A DNA stretch of 64,000 bases from Gemmatimonadota bacterium (lineage in GTDB: Bacteria; Gemmatimonadota; Gemmatimonadetes; Gemmatimonadales; GWC2-71-9). How positions within the stretch are numbered: position 1 is the first letter of the stretch; the number at the start of each line of letters is the position of its first letter. Below are positions 44,353 through 54,100 of the stretch, piece by piece. The notes beneath the pieces are model-generated. The model saw only the letters and a program-made list of their open reading frames with translations, made no database searches and was not told the DNA's origin. Position numbers and translations under genes: made by a program. The stretch spans positions 77,258 through 141,257 of the forward strand of contig JBGOUQ010000001.1 in the NCBI GenBank assembly GCA_041477065.1, given 5' to 3'.

Positions 44353-45709
44353 CCTGCAGCGCGGCCGCGACTCGCCTGCGTTCGGTGACCCAGTACGCGA
44401 GCGGGCCGAGCAGCGCGAGCCCCACGGCCACGACCAGGCCGGGCAGCCCGATCTCGCGGCTTTGCGCTTCGAGGGCGACGCCGCCGGCGAGCAGCAGGAT
44501 GGGCAGGGCGGCGAGCACCGCCAGCCCCCCCACGCCGAGCGGGACGCGGAACGGGCCGCGCAGGGCGGGCTCGCGGCGCCGCAGCTGGAGCAGCGCGGCG
44601 AACTCCATGGCGAGCGCCGCCGTGTACAGCAACACGTCGCCGGCGAGCAGTCCGCCGAACGGGATCAAGGCAAAGCCCGAGTACGCGACCGCCGAGACCA
44701 GCACCGCGTTCCGCGGCGTGCCGCGCGCGTCGGTGCGAGTGAGCCACGCCGGGAGGAGCCCGTCGCGGGCGAGCACGAGGGGGATGCGCGAGTAGGCGAG
44801 CAGCAGCGCGTTAAACAGGGCGAACGCGCTCACCATCCCCGCCACCGCGAGCCACAGCGCGAGCCATGGACCGGCGACCGTGCGCGCGATCTCGGGCCAG
44901 GCGCCGTCGTGCCAGGCGGTCCAGTCGGTGAGGGCCAGGGCGGGAACGATCGCGAGCAGGTACACAGCGGTCACGAGCGGGAGCGTGCGGGCGAGCGCCC
45001 GCGGGTACGTCGTGCCCGCCTGCTCGATCTCTCCGCCGATGGTGGACGCGTTGTCCCAGCCGCTGTAGTTCCAGATGCTCTGCGAGATCCCGATCCCCAG
45101 CGCGCCCAGGAACGATGTACCCGCCACGTGGAACGGCGTGAGCGGCAGCGGCGCGAGGGGACCACTCGCCAGCAGCCAGCGTCCGAGCGCGACACTCGCG
45201 AGCACCGCGAAGGGCGCGAGCACCGCCGCGATGAACCATCCCGACGCCGCGCCCACCACGCGGGTGCCACGCAGGTTGAGCCAGGTAGCCCCCCAAATCA
45301 CCGCGAGCGCGAGCCCCCAGGCTTCCCAGCGCCCCAGCCCCGGCGCGAACCAGCGCACGTACTGGATGAAGAGCACCGGGTAGATGGCCATGTCGATGGC
45401 GGAATACGTCCAGGAGAGCCAGCCGTTCAGGAATCCGGCGAACCGGCCGAAGGCGCGCTTCACCCACTGGTAGTAGCCGCCCTCGGCGGGCAACATCGAC
45501 GCCAGCTCGCCGATCAGGAGGGTTTCGGGTACGCTGTAGACGAGCGGCGTGGCCACCAGGAGCAGCAGCGCGACGCCCGGACCCACCAACCCCACCAATC
45601 CTTCGAGGCCGAACGGGCCGCCGGACACGGTGAAGAACATCACCGCGACCAGCGGCCCGAGCCGGAGCTTCCCCCCCCTCCCCCCCCCCGGAGTGGCGCG
45701 CCGGCTCAC
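44345..45709 (-). CDS. APC-superfamily amino acid/polyamine permease
   Basis: C-terminal 454 aa of track ORF 44345..46483; GTG 45709 overlaps the upstream stop (GTGA). ...FFTVSGGPFGLEG..., ELASMLPAEGGYYQWVKRAFG. About 12 TM helices. Confidence 0.85.
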   Translation of the reverse strand: MSRRATPGGGRGGKLRLGPLVAVMFFTVSGGPFGLEGLVGLVGPGVALLLLVATPLVYSVPETLLIGELASMLPAEGGYYQWVKRAFGRFAGFLNGWLSWTYSAIDMAIYPVLFIQYVRWFAPGLGRWEAWGLALAVIWGATWLNLRGTRVVGAASGWFIAAVLAPFAVLASVALGRWLLASGPLAPLPLTPFHVAGTSFLGALGIGISQSIWNYSGWDNASTIGGEIEQAGTTYPRALARTLPLVTAVYLLAIVPALALTDWTAWHDGAWPEIARTVAGPWLALWLAVAGMVSAFALFNALLLAYSRIPLVLARDGLLPAWLTRTDARGTPRNAVLVSAVAYSGFALIPFGGLLAGDVLLYTAALAMEFAALLQLRRREPALRGPFRVPLGVGGLAVLAALPILLLAGGVALEAQSREIGLPGLVVAVGLALLGPLAYWVTERRRVAAALQAN

Positions 45710-46260
45710 GCCCACGAGATGCGGTAGCGGCACACCTGACCGCCACGGGCGCGGCACTCCTCCTCGGCGATCTTGACGTTGCTCGCCCCGCACAGCTCCA
45801 ACGCCTTCCGGTGCCACCCCACCACCGTGAGGCAATCGGGGGCGGAGAACGTCTCGGCGTCGAAGGTGGTGAGGACCGCTTCTCTTTCCCCGGTCTTCTG
45901 GTATTCGCGGCGACCCTGCTCGTAGTAGAGCCGGTAGACCTGCGGCGCCTTGGCCAGGAAGCCGTGTGGATCGCCGGGCGTGAGGAACGACTTGTGGACG
46001 GTGCCGAGGTTCCTTTCGGCCGACGCGGCGCCGAGCCGCTCGAAGAACTGCGGCTTCCCCTCGCCCAACACGCGGAACATGGCGTCGTCGAGCCGCTTGC
46101 CGAGGTCGAAGGGGAACCACTGCACCGCGATGACGGTGTGCAACGCCTTCTGGTCCTCCGGGGACAGGACGGCGAGCACCTTGGCGATGGCGTCCTTCCC
46201 GAAATGCTCCTCGATGAACCCGAGGCGCGACTTGAGCACGCTGCCTTTGACTTGTTGCAT
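45706..46260 (-). CDS. Putative ligand-binding protein (HNOB/V4R-like or DUF2378-type; tentative)
   Basis: 184 aa. N-terminal VKGSVLKSRLGFIEEHFG. C-terminal EECRARGGQVCRYRISW resembles V4R-type endings. Confidence 0.4.
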   Translation of the reverse strand: MQQVKGSVLKSRLGFIEEHFGKDAIAKVLAVLSPEDQKALHTVIAVQWFPFDLGKRLDDAMFRVLGEGKPQFFERLGAASAERNLGTVHKSFLTPGDPHGFLAKAPQVYRLYYEQGRREYQKTGEREAVLTTFDAETFSAPDCLTVVGWHRKALELCGASNVKIAEEECRARGGQVCRYRISWA

Positions 46261-46263
46261 GCC

Positions 46264-47031
46264 TTAGTGCTCCGCGTGATCGTGCCCGGCGCTCCAGATC
46301 ACCGCCGGGTCGTCGCTCGCGAACGCCTGCACGTGCACCATCCAGCCGAAGATCCGCGGCAGGAACCGCCCGCCCACCGCGGCGCAGGCGGCTGCGTCGG
46401 CAATCGGCGACTTGGGGCCGAACACCGGTTTGCCGTCCCGGGTCTCGCGCCACCGTGCCGTCGCTCCGCGCGGAGGTATGCACCAGTTCACGTGCTCATG
46501 CCAGTGCGCGATGGACAACGGGATGCGGGCATCGAGATCGTCTTCCGTGGCCCGGGCCCGGTCTGCGTACATCGCACCGACCAGCTCGTAGCTGTCGCCG
46601 TTCTTCTTATAGAGCAACGAGGTAGGCCTCGCCGGGTCGAAGCGGAATCCTTCCTCGAAGGCGTAGAGGTAGTTGGTGAAGTGATAGATGGGCTGGGGCA
46701 CGCCGGGGAGGAACTGACGGAACCCGTCGGCCAGGGCCACGTAGACGTCGCGGTACTTGGCCAGCGCAGCGCGCATCTGGGCGACGACGGCGACGGCGCG
46801 GGCGGAGTCCGCCGTGGTGCCCCGTCGAGTGCCGGTCATGCGGAGGTGCGGATCGGCGGCCATCGCTCCCATCCGGCTCATCACCTCGTGGGCCGCCGCC
46901 ATCGCGTCGTGATCGCTCGAGTCCATGCCGGCCATGCTGTCGGCGGTGGCCGGCTGCTGGGCACGACACGCCGTCGCGATCAGGCCGAGGACGAGCACGC
47001 CGGCCAACGACCGCAGGGAGGTCGCGTTCAT
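46264..47031 (-). CDS. Secreted hypothetical protein (His/Met-rich N-terminus)
   Basis: Signal/lipobox-like ...LGLIATACRAQ, then MAGMDSSDHDAMAAAHEVMSRMGAM and IAHWHEHVNWC. Confidence 0.5.
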   Translation of the reverse strand: MNATSLRSLAGVLVLGLIATACRAQQPATADSMAGMDSSDHDAMAAAHEVMSRMGAMAADPHLRMTGTRRGTTADSARAVAVVAQMRAALAKYRDVYVALADGFRQFLPGVPQPIYHFTNYLYAFEEGFRFDPARPTSLLYKKNGDSYELVGAMYADRARATEDDLDARIPLSIAHWHEHVNWCIPPRGATARWRETRDGKPVFGPKSPIADAAACAAVGGRFLPRIFGWMVHVQAFASDDPAVIWSAGHDHAEH

Positions 47032-47086
47032 GACTCAAGTATACGTTAGACAGGTCGCCGCGCCGCCAGCTGGCGCGGGCCGCCGA

Positions 47087-47734
47087 CTAGCGCCGAGCCG
47101 CCGGTTTCTTTCCCGCCACCGTTTGCAGGTACATCAGAATCTCGGTGGAGGCGTCGCCCTTGGGAGGCCGCACCAGCATGCGCTCCATGTTGCGCTCCAT
47201 CCGGGCGTACACGGTCGGCCAGTCCTCCGGTGAGTGCACCCGCGGGTCCGGGAGCGCGTGGCACTGACTGCACACCACGGCGAACTGGTCCCGCCCGCGA
47301 CCGACCGGCAGCACCGCGCCGCTGACTTTCAGGGCGTTTGCCGTGAGGTACTCGAGCATGACGAACCGATCGGCGGTGGTCGGCACCTTCACGCCGAGCG
47401 CGGGCGGCAGCCACTCCATTCGCAGCCACATGCGCCGAGCCACGCTGGGCCAGTCGGTGAGACTGTGCGTCGTGGGGGCCGGCAGGGCGTGGCACTGGGC
47501 GCAGTACTGGACGAGGAGCTGAGCCCCCCGGGAGGAAGGATCGGGCAGATCACCCGGGGCGACGCCCGGCGGAGGCAGCGCGACCTTGGCGGCAGCGAGG
47601 AGCAGCTGGTCGCTCTGGCTCAGCGATGCCGCGGGAGCGGCGGAGTCCGCGGACTTCCCCGGCGCCCCGCCACCCTGACAGCCGGTGAGCGCAAGCGCCA
47701 GCGCGGCGGCGCGAACGAACGGCTCCTGACGCAT
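47087..47734 (-). CDS. Dihaem c-type cytochrome lipoprotein (internally duplicated)
   Basis: Lipobox LALTGC. Two related modules: YCAQCHALPAPTTHSLTDWPSVARRM and VCSQCHALPDPRVHSPEDWPTVYARM. Confidence 0.75.
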   Translation of the reverse strand: MRQEPFVRAAALALALTGCQGGGAPGKSADSAAPAASLSQSDQLLLAAAKVALPPPGVAPGDLPDPSSRGAQLLVQYCAQCHALPAPTTHSLTDWPSVARRMWLRMEWLPPALGVKVPTTADRFVMLEYLTANALKVSGAVLPVGRGRDQFAVVCSQCHALPDPRVHSPEDWPTVYARMERNMERMLVRPPKGDASTEILMYLQTVAGKKPAARR

Positions 47735-47763
47735 GATCCTCCTCCTGAGTGGAATCTCGAGGT

Positions 47764-48486
47764 TCAGTGGGCAATCTGCAGCTGGTCGTCGAGCGCACGC
47801 ACGCCCGGCACCGACCGCGCCGCGTGCTCGGCAGCCGCCCGGTCGGCCAGGCTACGCACACGCCCCCGCAGCACGATCCGGTCGCCGTCGACGGCCACCG
47901 TGAGATTCCGCGGGTGCACGCCCGCGTGCTCCACCGCCGCCACGACACGCCTCGGCAGATCGGTGGTCGGCGGCCCCTCTCCCCCGACACGCAGGGTGAT
48001 CCGGTTCACGAGGGCGCGAACGCCCGCGAGGACCGCCACGGCCTCCTCGGCGACCAGTCGCTGATCGTCCCGATCGACCTCACCTTCTAGCGTAACCCGT
48101 CCGCTGTCAACCGCGACAAATAACCGGCCGGCCGGCACGATTGCGTTCATCTCCAGCGCCCGCCGCGCCTCCTGGGCCACCTCCGCATCCGTCCGGGTCA
48201 TGGTCTCCGGGAGGTAGACACAGAGATCGCTCCGCATGGCCTTCACTCCCGGAACGCGGGACACTGCGCGCTCTGCCGCGATACGCTCGAGGTAGGAGTG
48301 CACGACGCCGCGGATGGTCACGACTTCCCCCCCGTCGCCGACCTCCACGGTCAGGTCGGCTCCCTCGAGCAGCGGTTCCCACCTGATCTCGTCCCACACG
48401 CGTCGCTGCAGCGCCGCTTCTGCCGTCCGGTCCTCGCCCCGCGAGAGCCACACCTCGATGCCGCTGCCTCCTCCAAGGTCGTCCAT
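47764..48486 (-). CDS. BON-domain protein (three BON repeats, OsmY-like)
   Basis: Track ORF 47764..48678; ATG 48486 follows GGAGGA. Three repeats of the pattern ...V.V..G.VTL.G.V.....R..AE.AV..V.GV..V. Confidence 0.8.
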   Translation of the reverse strand: MDDLGGGSGIEVWLSRGEDRTAEAALQRRVWDEIRWEPLLEGADLTVEVGDGGEVVTIRGVVHSYLERIAAERAVSRVPGVKAMRSDLCVYLPETMTRTDAEVAQEARRALEMNAIVPAGRLFVAVDSGRVTLEGEVDRDDQRLVAEEAVAVLAGVRALVNRITLRVGGEGPPTTDLPRRVVAAVEHAGVHPRNLTVAVDGDRIVLRGRVRSLADRAAAEHAARSVPGVRALDDQLQIAH

Positions 48487-48705
48487 ACGCTCCTCCTGGG
48501 AGCTATGCCCCCATCCTAATAGCCGGGGGGCCGGATGAAGGCAGCGTGAACGCAAAGGGAAGCCCTCTTCGTGAAGACACTCTGAAGATCTCGGGTCAGA
48601 TCGGCCGGGGCGTCGCACGTCGAAACGCGAGGCGCCGGACCGGGAAAGGAAAGCGCGTGTAGAATTCCCGCAGGTCACGATCCCCTCTCTTCCGCGGAGC
48701 CGTCG

Positions 48706-49332
48706 GTGCCCTCGATGCTCTGGCTCATCGCCGCCGCTGGCGCGTTGCAGCAGCCGCTCACGGCTCAGGCGCTGGACTCAAGGATTCCTTCGCAAACCGT
48801 TCAAGCGGGGCCACGGTTCGCCGCCGCGTTTCCCATCTTCGAGCCAGTGCTCGCCATCGCGGACACGGTGCACCGCCGGCGCGCGATCGAGTACAGCGAC
48901 TTCTACGGGACGCGGCTCGCCATCCACCGCTACGCCAGCTATGCGACGCTGCCGCTGTTCGTCGCGGAGTACGCGGTCGGGCAGTCGCTGTTCAACCGCC
49001 CCGCCGACAGCACCTCGCAGTCGCTGCGCTCGGCGCACCGCGTCGTCGCCGCCGCGATCGGCGGGCTATTCGGCCTCAACACCGTCACCGGGGCGTGGAA
49101 CCTGTGGGACAGCCGCAAGGACCCGGCGGGCCGGACGCGGCGCTACATCCACGCCGCGCTGATGTTCGCCTCTGACGCGGGATTCGTCGCCACCGGCACG
49201 ATCACGCCGCACCACCGGCGGCTCCAGGTCACACAGGATCCCAGCCGACAGTCGCTGCACCGAACGCTCGCGATTTCATCGATGGCGACAGCGCTCGCCG
49301 GGTATCTCATGATGCTGGTCTGGAAAGACTGA
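48706..49332 (+). CDS. Hypothetical membrane protein
   Basis: GTG start. Signal-like N-terminus and 3-4 hydrophobic helices. No recognised motif. Confidence 0.45.
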   Translation: MPSMLWLIAAAGALQQPLTAQALDSRIPSQTVQAGPRFAAAFPIFEPVLAIADTVHRRRAIEYSDFYGTRLAIHRYASYATLPLFVAEYAVGQSLFNRPADSTSQSLRSAHRVVAAAIGGLFGLNTVTGAWNLWDSRKDPAGRTRRYIHAALMFASDAGFVATGTITPHHRRLQVTQDPSRQSLHRTLAISSMATALAGYLMMLVWKD

Positions 49333-49334
49333 CC

Positions 49335-49847
49335 ATGCTCGCCGTGGCCGCAGGGTCCCATCTCGTCTCCAGCTGGGCCAAGCTCTACAGCGACCAGAAG
49401 GCGGTGAGCGCGGCGGTCACCTACCTGCATTTCGTCGGCATCCTGATGGGCGGAGGCTTCGCCGTCGTCGCCGACCGGACGGCATTGCGGCTTTCCCCCG
49501 ATCGCGACGCCGACTGGCTAGCCGAGCTGACGCGGCTTGCAACGGTGCATCGCTGGGTGATCGCGGGGCTCGCCGTGAGCGCCGCGAGCGGAGTGCTGAT
49601 GATGCTGGCGGACCTGCACACCTACACGACGTCGGTGGTCTTCTGGACCAAAATGGGGCTCATCGTGGTGTTGATAGGCAACGGCTGGATGAAGCTGCGC
49701 GCCGAGGCCGAGGTGCGGGGGGCGACGGGGGGGGGGAGCGGAGCGAGCGGCGGCGGGTGGCGGCGGCTGCGCCGCACGGCCGTCACGAGTCTCGTTCTGT
49801 GGCTGGTCATTCTCCTGGCCGGCACGATCCTCAACGCCAGCGCCTGA
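49335..49847 (+). CDS. Hypothetical four-TM membrane protein
   Basis: Starts 2 nt after the previous stop. Helices VTYLHFVGILMGGGFAVV, WVIAGLAVSAASGVLMML, MGLIVVLIGNGW, LVLWLVILLAGTIL. Confidence 0.5.
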   Translation: MLAVAAGSHLVSSWAKLYSDQKAVSAAVTYLHFVGILMGGGFAVVADRTALRLSPDRDADWLAELTRLATVHRWVIAGLAVSAASGVLMMLADLHTYTTSVVFWTKMGLIVVLIGNGWMKLRAEAEVRGATGGGSGASGGGWRRLRRTAVTSLVLWLVILLAGTILNASA

Positions 49848-49849
49848 GC

Positions 49850-50314
49850 GTGGAGGACCCCTGCCGCGATTGTCCGCTCGTCCCCCGCCGCGATTTTCTG
49901 CGGGAGGTGGCACTCGTGCTCGCCGCGGCTGGCCTCCCCGTGCGCTTCGCACGCGCGCTCGTCCGTGTGGGGGAGGATCACGTCTACCCGATTCCCGCCA
50001 CCGACGGCGCGACGATCGACAAGGAGAACCAAGTCATCCTGGTCCGCTTCGAACAGAAGGCGTACGCCTTCGCGCTCTCGTGTCCGCACCAGAACACGGC
50101 GCTACGGTGGCATCCTGAGGATATCCAGTTCCAGTGCCCCAAGCACCACTCGCGCTACCGACCGGACGGCGTGTTCATTTCGGGCCGGGCAACGCGCAGC
50201 ATGAATCGCTACGCCCTGCGGCGCGACGGAGAGACTCTCGTAGTGGACATCGACATCCTCTACCGGCAGGACAAGAACGGCGGCGAGTGGGAGGCCGCAG
50301 TGGTAGCGTTGTAG
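49850..50314 (+). CDS. Rieske [2Fe-2S] protein with a Tat-like leader
   Basis: Track ORF 49757..50314; GTG 49850 lies 2 nt after the previous stop. PRRDFLREVALVLAAAG. Cluster motif CPHQ-x16-CPKHHS. Confidence 0.75.
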   Translation: MEDPCRDCPLVPRRDFLREVALVLAAAGLPVRFARALVRVGEDHVYPIPATDGATIDKENQVILVRFEQKAYAFALSCPHQNTALRWHPEDIQFQCPKHHSRYRPDGVFISGRATRSMNRYALRRDGETLVVDIDILYRQDKNGGEWEAAVVAL

Positions 50315-50318
50315 CCCG

Positions 50319-51953
50319 TCAGGCGGCTGCCTCGCTCTCCTCCGCGGTCAGCTCCGCCAGTGCTTGTAGGAACGCCTCGAACACCTGCGCCGACCACCAC
50401 GTCCGGCAACGCGTGATCTCCGCGATCGCGGCTTCGGGCGTCATCGCCGGCCGGTAGGCGCGGGTCGTCGTGAGCGCGTCGTACACGTCCACGATGCCGA
50501 CGATCTGGGCCGCCAGCGGAATCTCCTCGCCCCGCAGCCGGTCGGGATACCCGGTGCCGTCGTGCTTTTCGTGGTGCCAGCGGATGATCGGCTTCAGGTC
50601 CCAGGGGAACTCGACGCTGGCGAGCAGCTCGATGCCCCAGATCGGGTGCGTCTGCACGATCTCGAACTCTTCGCGCGTGAGCGGGCCGGGTTTGTTCAGG
50701 ATCTCGTGCGGCACGCGCACCTTGCCGAGGTCGTGCAGGTAGGCGCCGAGCCGGATGGTGGTCTGCGTGTGCTCGTCCAGGCCGAGGAGGCGCGCGACGG
50801 CAACGGCGTGATGCGCGACGCGCTCGCAGTGGCCGTAGGTGTAGCTGTCGCTCGACTCGATCGACTGACCCCATTCCCTCACCACCGCCAGGTAAGTGGT
50901 CTCGAGCTCGGCGACTTTGCCGCCGACGTGGACCAGGTCCTTGCGGGCATCGAGGCGCCGGAACAGGCGGTGCGCCGCGTTCAGGAGGGTGAGCGCCTCC
51001 TGATTCCGGCCCATCGCCTGGTACAGCAGGGCCAGCTCGCGCGAGGCTTCGGCCTCGCTCAAGACGGCACCCGCCCCCGCGGCGATGTCGATCGCCGAGC
51101 GGAGGCGCGACTCCGCGAGCGCAGCGCGACCCGTCTCGCGATACACGATGCCGATCGCGCGGTAGGCCTCCGCCTTCAGCGCCTTGGCACCGAGCTGGTC
51201 GAAGATGGAGAGCGCCGACTCAGCGTTCCGCTGCGCTTCGTCGTAGCGCTGCCGGGCGATGTGCACCTCCGCGTGGTTCACCAAGCAGAGGCCCTGCAGG
51301 TAGACGTCCCCCGAGCGCTGGGCGATGTCGTAGCTCTCGCGGTAGTGGCCGTCCGCCTCGTCGTACAGGCCCTGATCCGCGCTCACCATGCCGAGGTTGT
51401 GGTAGGCGATGGCGCAGCCGTGCTCCTCGGTCGAGCCTAGATACGCCTCGAGCGAGCCCTGGTAGCGGGTACGCGCTTCGTCCAGGTCGCCCTGGATGTT
51501 GGCGAGGATGCCGAGGTTCTGCTCGGCGCGGGCCCGCAGCTCACGGGCCTCACCGCCCGCCTCGAGCGCCCGGAGAAAGCTGCGGCGCGCGTCATCGAGC
51601 GAGCCGGTCTGCAGGTCGATCACGCCGAGGGTGTTCAGCGCTTCTGCGGCCAGCAGCGTGTTGCCGGTCTCGAGCGCCACGGCGTGACTGCGCGCGCACA
51701 GCTCGCGCGCGGCATCGGACTCGTTGCGCTTTTGGTGCACCACGGCCAGGCGCCGCAGCGCCTCGGCCAGGACCGTCCGCTCCCCCGTCCGCTCCGCGCC
51801 GGCGATGGCGGCCGCATAACACTCCATCGCCTCGGGGATACATCCCGCTCGCTCGCGCTCGCGTGCGTCATGCAACAAATCCGCGGCGGGGCGCACCGCA
51901 CCGGACGGACTCGGCATGCGAGGGCGAAGGGACGGGGGGAGGGCGGACGTCAC
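50319..51953 (-). CDS. TPR-repeat protein with a C-terminal HD-GYP domain (probable c-di-GMP phosphodiesterase/regulator)
   Basis: N-terminal ~330 aa of TPR-like repeats. C-terminal HCERVAHHAV...YLHDLGKVRVP...WHHEKHDGTGYPDRL. Confidence 0.85.
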   Translation of the reverse strand: MTSALPPSLRPRMPSPSGAVRPAADLLHDARERERAGCIPEAMECYAAAIAGAERTGERTVLAEALRRLAVVHQKRNESDAARELCARSHAVALETGNTLLAAEALNTLGVIDLQTGSLDDARRSFLRALEAGGEARELRARAEQNLGILANIQGDLDEARTRYQGSLEAYLGSTEEHGCAIAYHNLGMVSADQGLYDEADGHYRESYDIAQRSGDVYLQGLCLVNHAEVHIARQRYDEAQRNAESALSIFDQLGAKALKAEAYRAIGIVYRETGRAALAESRLRSAIDIAAGAGAVLSEAEASRELALLYQAMGRNQEALTLLNAAHRLFRRLDARKDLVHVGGKVAELETTYLAVVREWGQSIESSDSYTYGHCERVAHHAVAVARLLGLDEHTQTTIRLGAYLHDLGKVRVPHEILNKPGPLTREEFEIVQTHPIWGIELLASVEFPWDLKPIIRWHHEKHDGTGYPDRLRGEEIPLAAQIVGIVDVYDALTTTRAYRPAMTPEAAIAEITRCRTWWSAQVFEAFLQALAELTAEESEAAA

Positions 51954-51957
51954 AATG

Positions 51958-52488
51958 CTACCAGGCCACGGCGTACTCGGAGAAATGCTTCAGCCGCCCC
52001 GTGACCTGCTTCGTCCACACGATGTCGATGGACAGCAGATACTCGAGAATGTTCCGGCTGTCGTCGGTGTACGCGATCCGCTTCGGCAGCAGTAGGCCGA
52101 GCAGGTTGCAGTTCGCGTAGCTCATGGTGAGGTACGCGTTGTTGCGGAACTGCAGCCCTTCGGGCTTGAAGCGGACGGCGTTCACCGTATCCGCGGACAG
52201 CACGGCGGTGATCGTCGTCGCGCTGGTGAGCGAGCCCGGCGGGACCCAAAGCGTGTGCGGGCCGACGGTGAGCGAGCCGCCCAGGGGCCCGATCGTCTTG
52301 GTCGTCGAGTCGTAGGGCAGCGCCGAGCACTTGAGCAGGCCCAGGTGCTTGACGAGGTCCCCGATGAGGGATGCGTCGGGGGTGGGTGCGACGGGAGCGA
52401 CACCCGTGGGCGTGCGATCCCCGCAGGCGAGCGTCAACGCCAGGGCGCACACGACCAGCAGGGGGAGCGCGAAACGAGTCCCCTTCAT
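51958..52488 (-). CDS. Hypothetical lipoprotein
   Basis: Lipobox LALTLACG. Beta-rich 176 aa. Starts 4 nt... the HD-GYP gene start (51953) lies 4 nt after this gene's stop. Confidence 0.5.
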   Translation of the reverse strand: MKGTRFALPLLVVCALALTLACGDRTPTGVAPVAPTPDASLIGDLVKHLGLLKCSALPYDSTTKTIGPLGGSLTVGPHTLWVPPGSLTSATTITAVLSADTVNAVRFKPEGLQFRNNAYLTMSYANCNLLGLLLPKRIAYTDDSRNILEYLLSIDIVWTKQVTGRLKHFSEYAVAW

Positions 52489-52709
52489 AAGCTCTTGTCT
52501 CCATCTAGGGCGCAGCGTTGGACCGGTGGCGGTGCGGAAACAGGCAGCCGTCCGCCGGAGAGGATGCTACGCAGGGTTTGTACCGGGAGGCCGTGTGACC
52601 GGCGTTACACCGAACTGGGGGACGGTGACACACGCCAGCTTGGAGCGTCGGTCCGCCAATGATCGGCAGGTGTTGCAGGGCAGCGACGGTGGACGGAATG
52701 TTCTAGCCG

Positions 52710-54098
52710 ATGCTTTTCAACAGCCTGCCGTTTCTCTACGGCTTTCTACCCGTCACGTACCTCGTGTTCTGGCGGCTGCGGGGCCGGCGGGAACGCCACG
52801 TGTGGCTCACGCTCACCGGCTACGCCTTCTACGCGTTCTGGGATTACCGGTTCTGCGCGCTCATGGCATTCTCGACCGTGGTGAGCTACCTCGCCGGCCT
52901 CGGGCTGCGGGCCTGGGACGATCCGCGCCGCCGGCGCTGGTGCCTCGTGCTCCCCATCACGGTGGACCTGGCCCTCCTCGGCTTCTTCAAGTACTTCGGC
53001 TTCGCGGTCGGCACCGCCAACCGGCTCGGCAGCGCCCTCGGCATCCCGCTCGACCTCGTGGCCCCGGCGATCGTGCTCCCCGTTGGGATCTCGTTCTACA
53101 CCTTCCATACCATCACCTACATCGTCGACTCCTATCGCCGCACCATCACCCCGACGCGCGACTTGTTCGAGTTCACCTGCTACGTCTCGCTCTTCTCCCA
53201 GCTCGTGGCCGGCCCCATCGTCCGCTTCCGGCAGATCGAGCAGGATCTGGATACGATCGACCGGCACGACCGGCGTCGCGGCTGGGCGCTGGGGTGGTCG
53301 TTCTTCGCGATCGGGATGATCAAGAAGGTGTTGATCGCCGACACCATCGCCGCCGTCATCAATCCCGCGCTCGCCCACCCGGGCGACCTCTCCACTGTGA
53401 GCGCGTGGCTCGCGATGCTCGGCTACGCCTATCAGATCTATTTCGATTTTTCGGGCTACAGCGATATGGCGGTGGGGCTCGGGCACCTCTTCGGCCTGCG
53501 GATTCCGCAGAACTTCGATTCCCCCTATCGAGCCCTGGACCCGAGCGACTTCTGGCGCCGCTGGCACATCTCGCTCTCCACGTGTTTGCGGGACTACCTC
53601 TACATCCCCCTGGGCGGCAGCCGCGGCTCGGGACTCGCGACGGCGCGAAACCTGATGATCACGATGCTCCTGGGCGGTCTGTGGCACGGCGCGAGCTGGA
53701 CGTTCGTGGCGTGGGGCGCCTATCACGGCCTGCTGCTGCTCGGCTACCGCCAAGTCCGGCCGTGGTGGGACGCTCTCCCCGCCGCCGTCCGCCGCGGCGC
53801 GATGTTCCTGCTCGTCGTGGTGGGGTGGGTGTTCTTCCGGTCACCGGACTTCACGACGGCGGCGATGCTGCTTCACACGATGTTCGCGTGGCATGCTGGA
53901 TCGCTGCTCGTCGGAGGAGCGTCGCTCGCGGCGCTGCTCGCCGTGGCGGGCGCCGTGGCGCACGGCGGCCGCAACACGTTCGCGCTGCGGCATGAGTGGC
54001 GGCCCGCCGCGGCTCTCGCGATCACCGCGCTGTTCGCGCTCTCGCTCGGCGCGCTCTACTCGGGCGCGGCGTCCCCCTTCCTCTATTTCCAGTTCTGA
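52710..54098 (+). CDS. MBOAT-family membrane O-acyltransferase (AlgI/DltB-like)
   Basis: 462 aa polytopic protein. Conserved His motif RRWHISLSTCLRDYLYIPLGGSRG. Confidence 0.9.
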   Translation: MLFNSLPFLYGFLPVTYLVFWRLRGRRERHVWLTLTGYAFYAFWDYRFCALMAFSTVVSYLAGLGLRAWDDPRRRRWCLVLPITVDLALLGFFKYFGFAVGTANRLGSALGIPLDLVAPAIVLPVGISFYTFHTITYIVDSYRRTITPTRDLFEFTCYVSLFSQLVAGPIVRFRQIEQDLDTIDRHDRRRGWALGWSFFAIGMIKKVLIADTIAAVINPALAHPGDLSTVSAWLAMLGYAYQIYFDFSGYSDMAVGLGHLFGLRIPQNFDSPYRALDPSDFWRRWHISLSTCLRDYLYIPLGGSRGSGLATARNLMITMLLGGLWHGASWTFVAWGAYHGLLLLGYRQVRPWWDALPAAVRRGAMFLLVVVGWVFFRSPDFTTAAMLLHTMFAWHAGSLLVGGASLAALLAVAGAVAHGGRNTFALRHEWRPAAALAITALFALSLGALYSGAASPFLYFQF

Positions 54099-54100
54099 GG

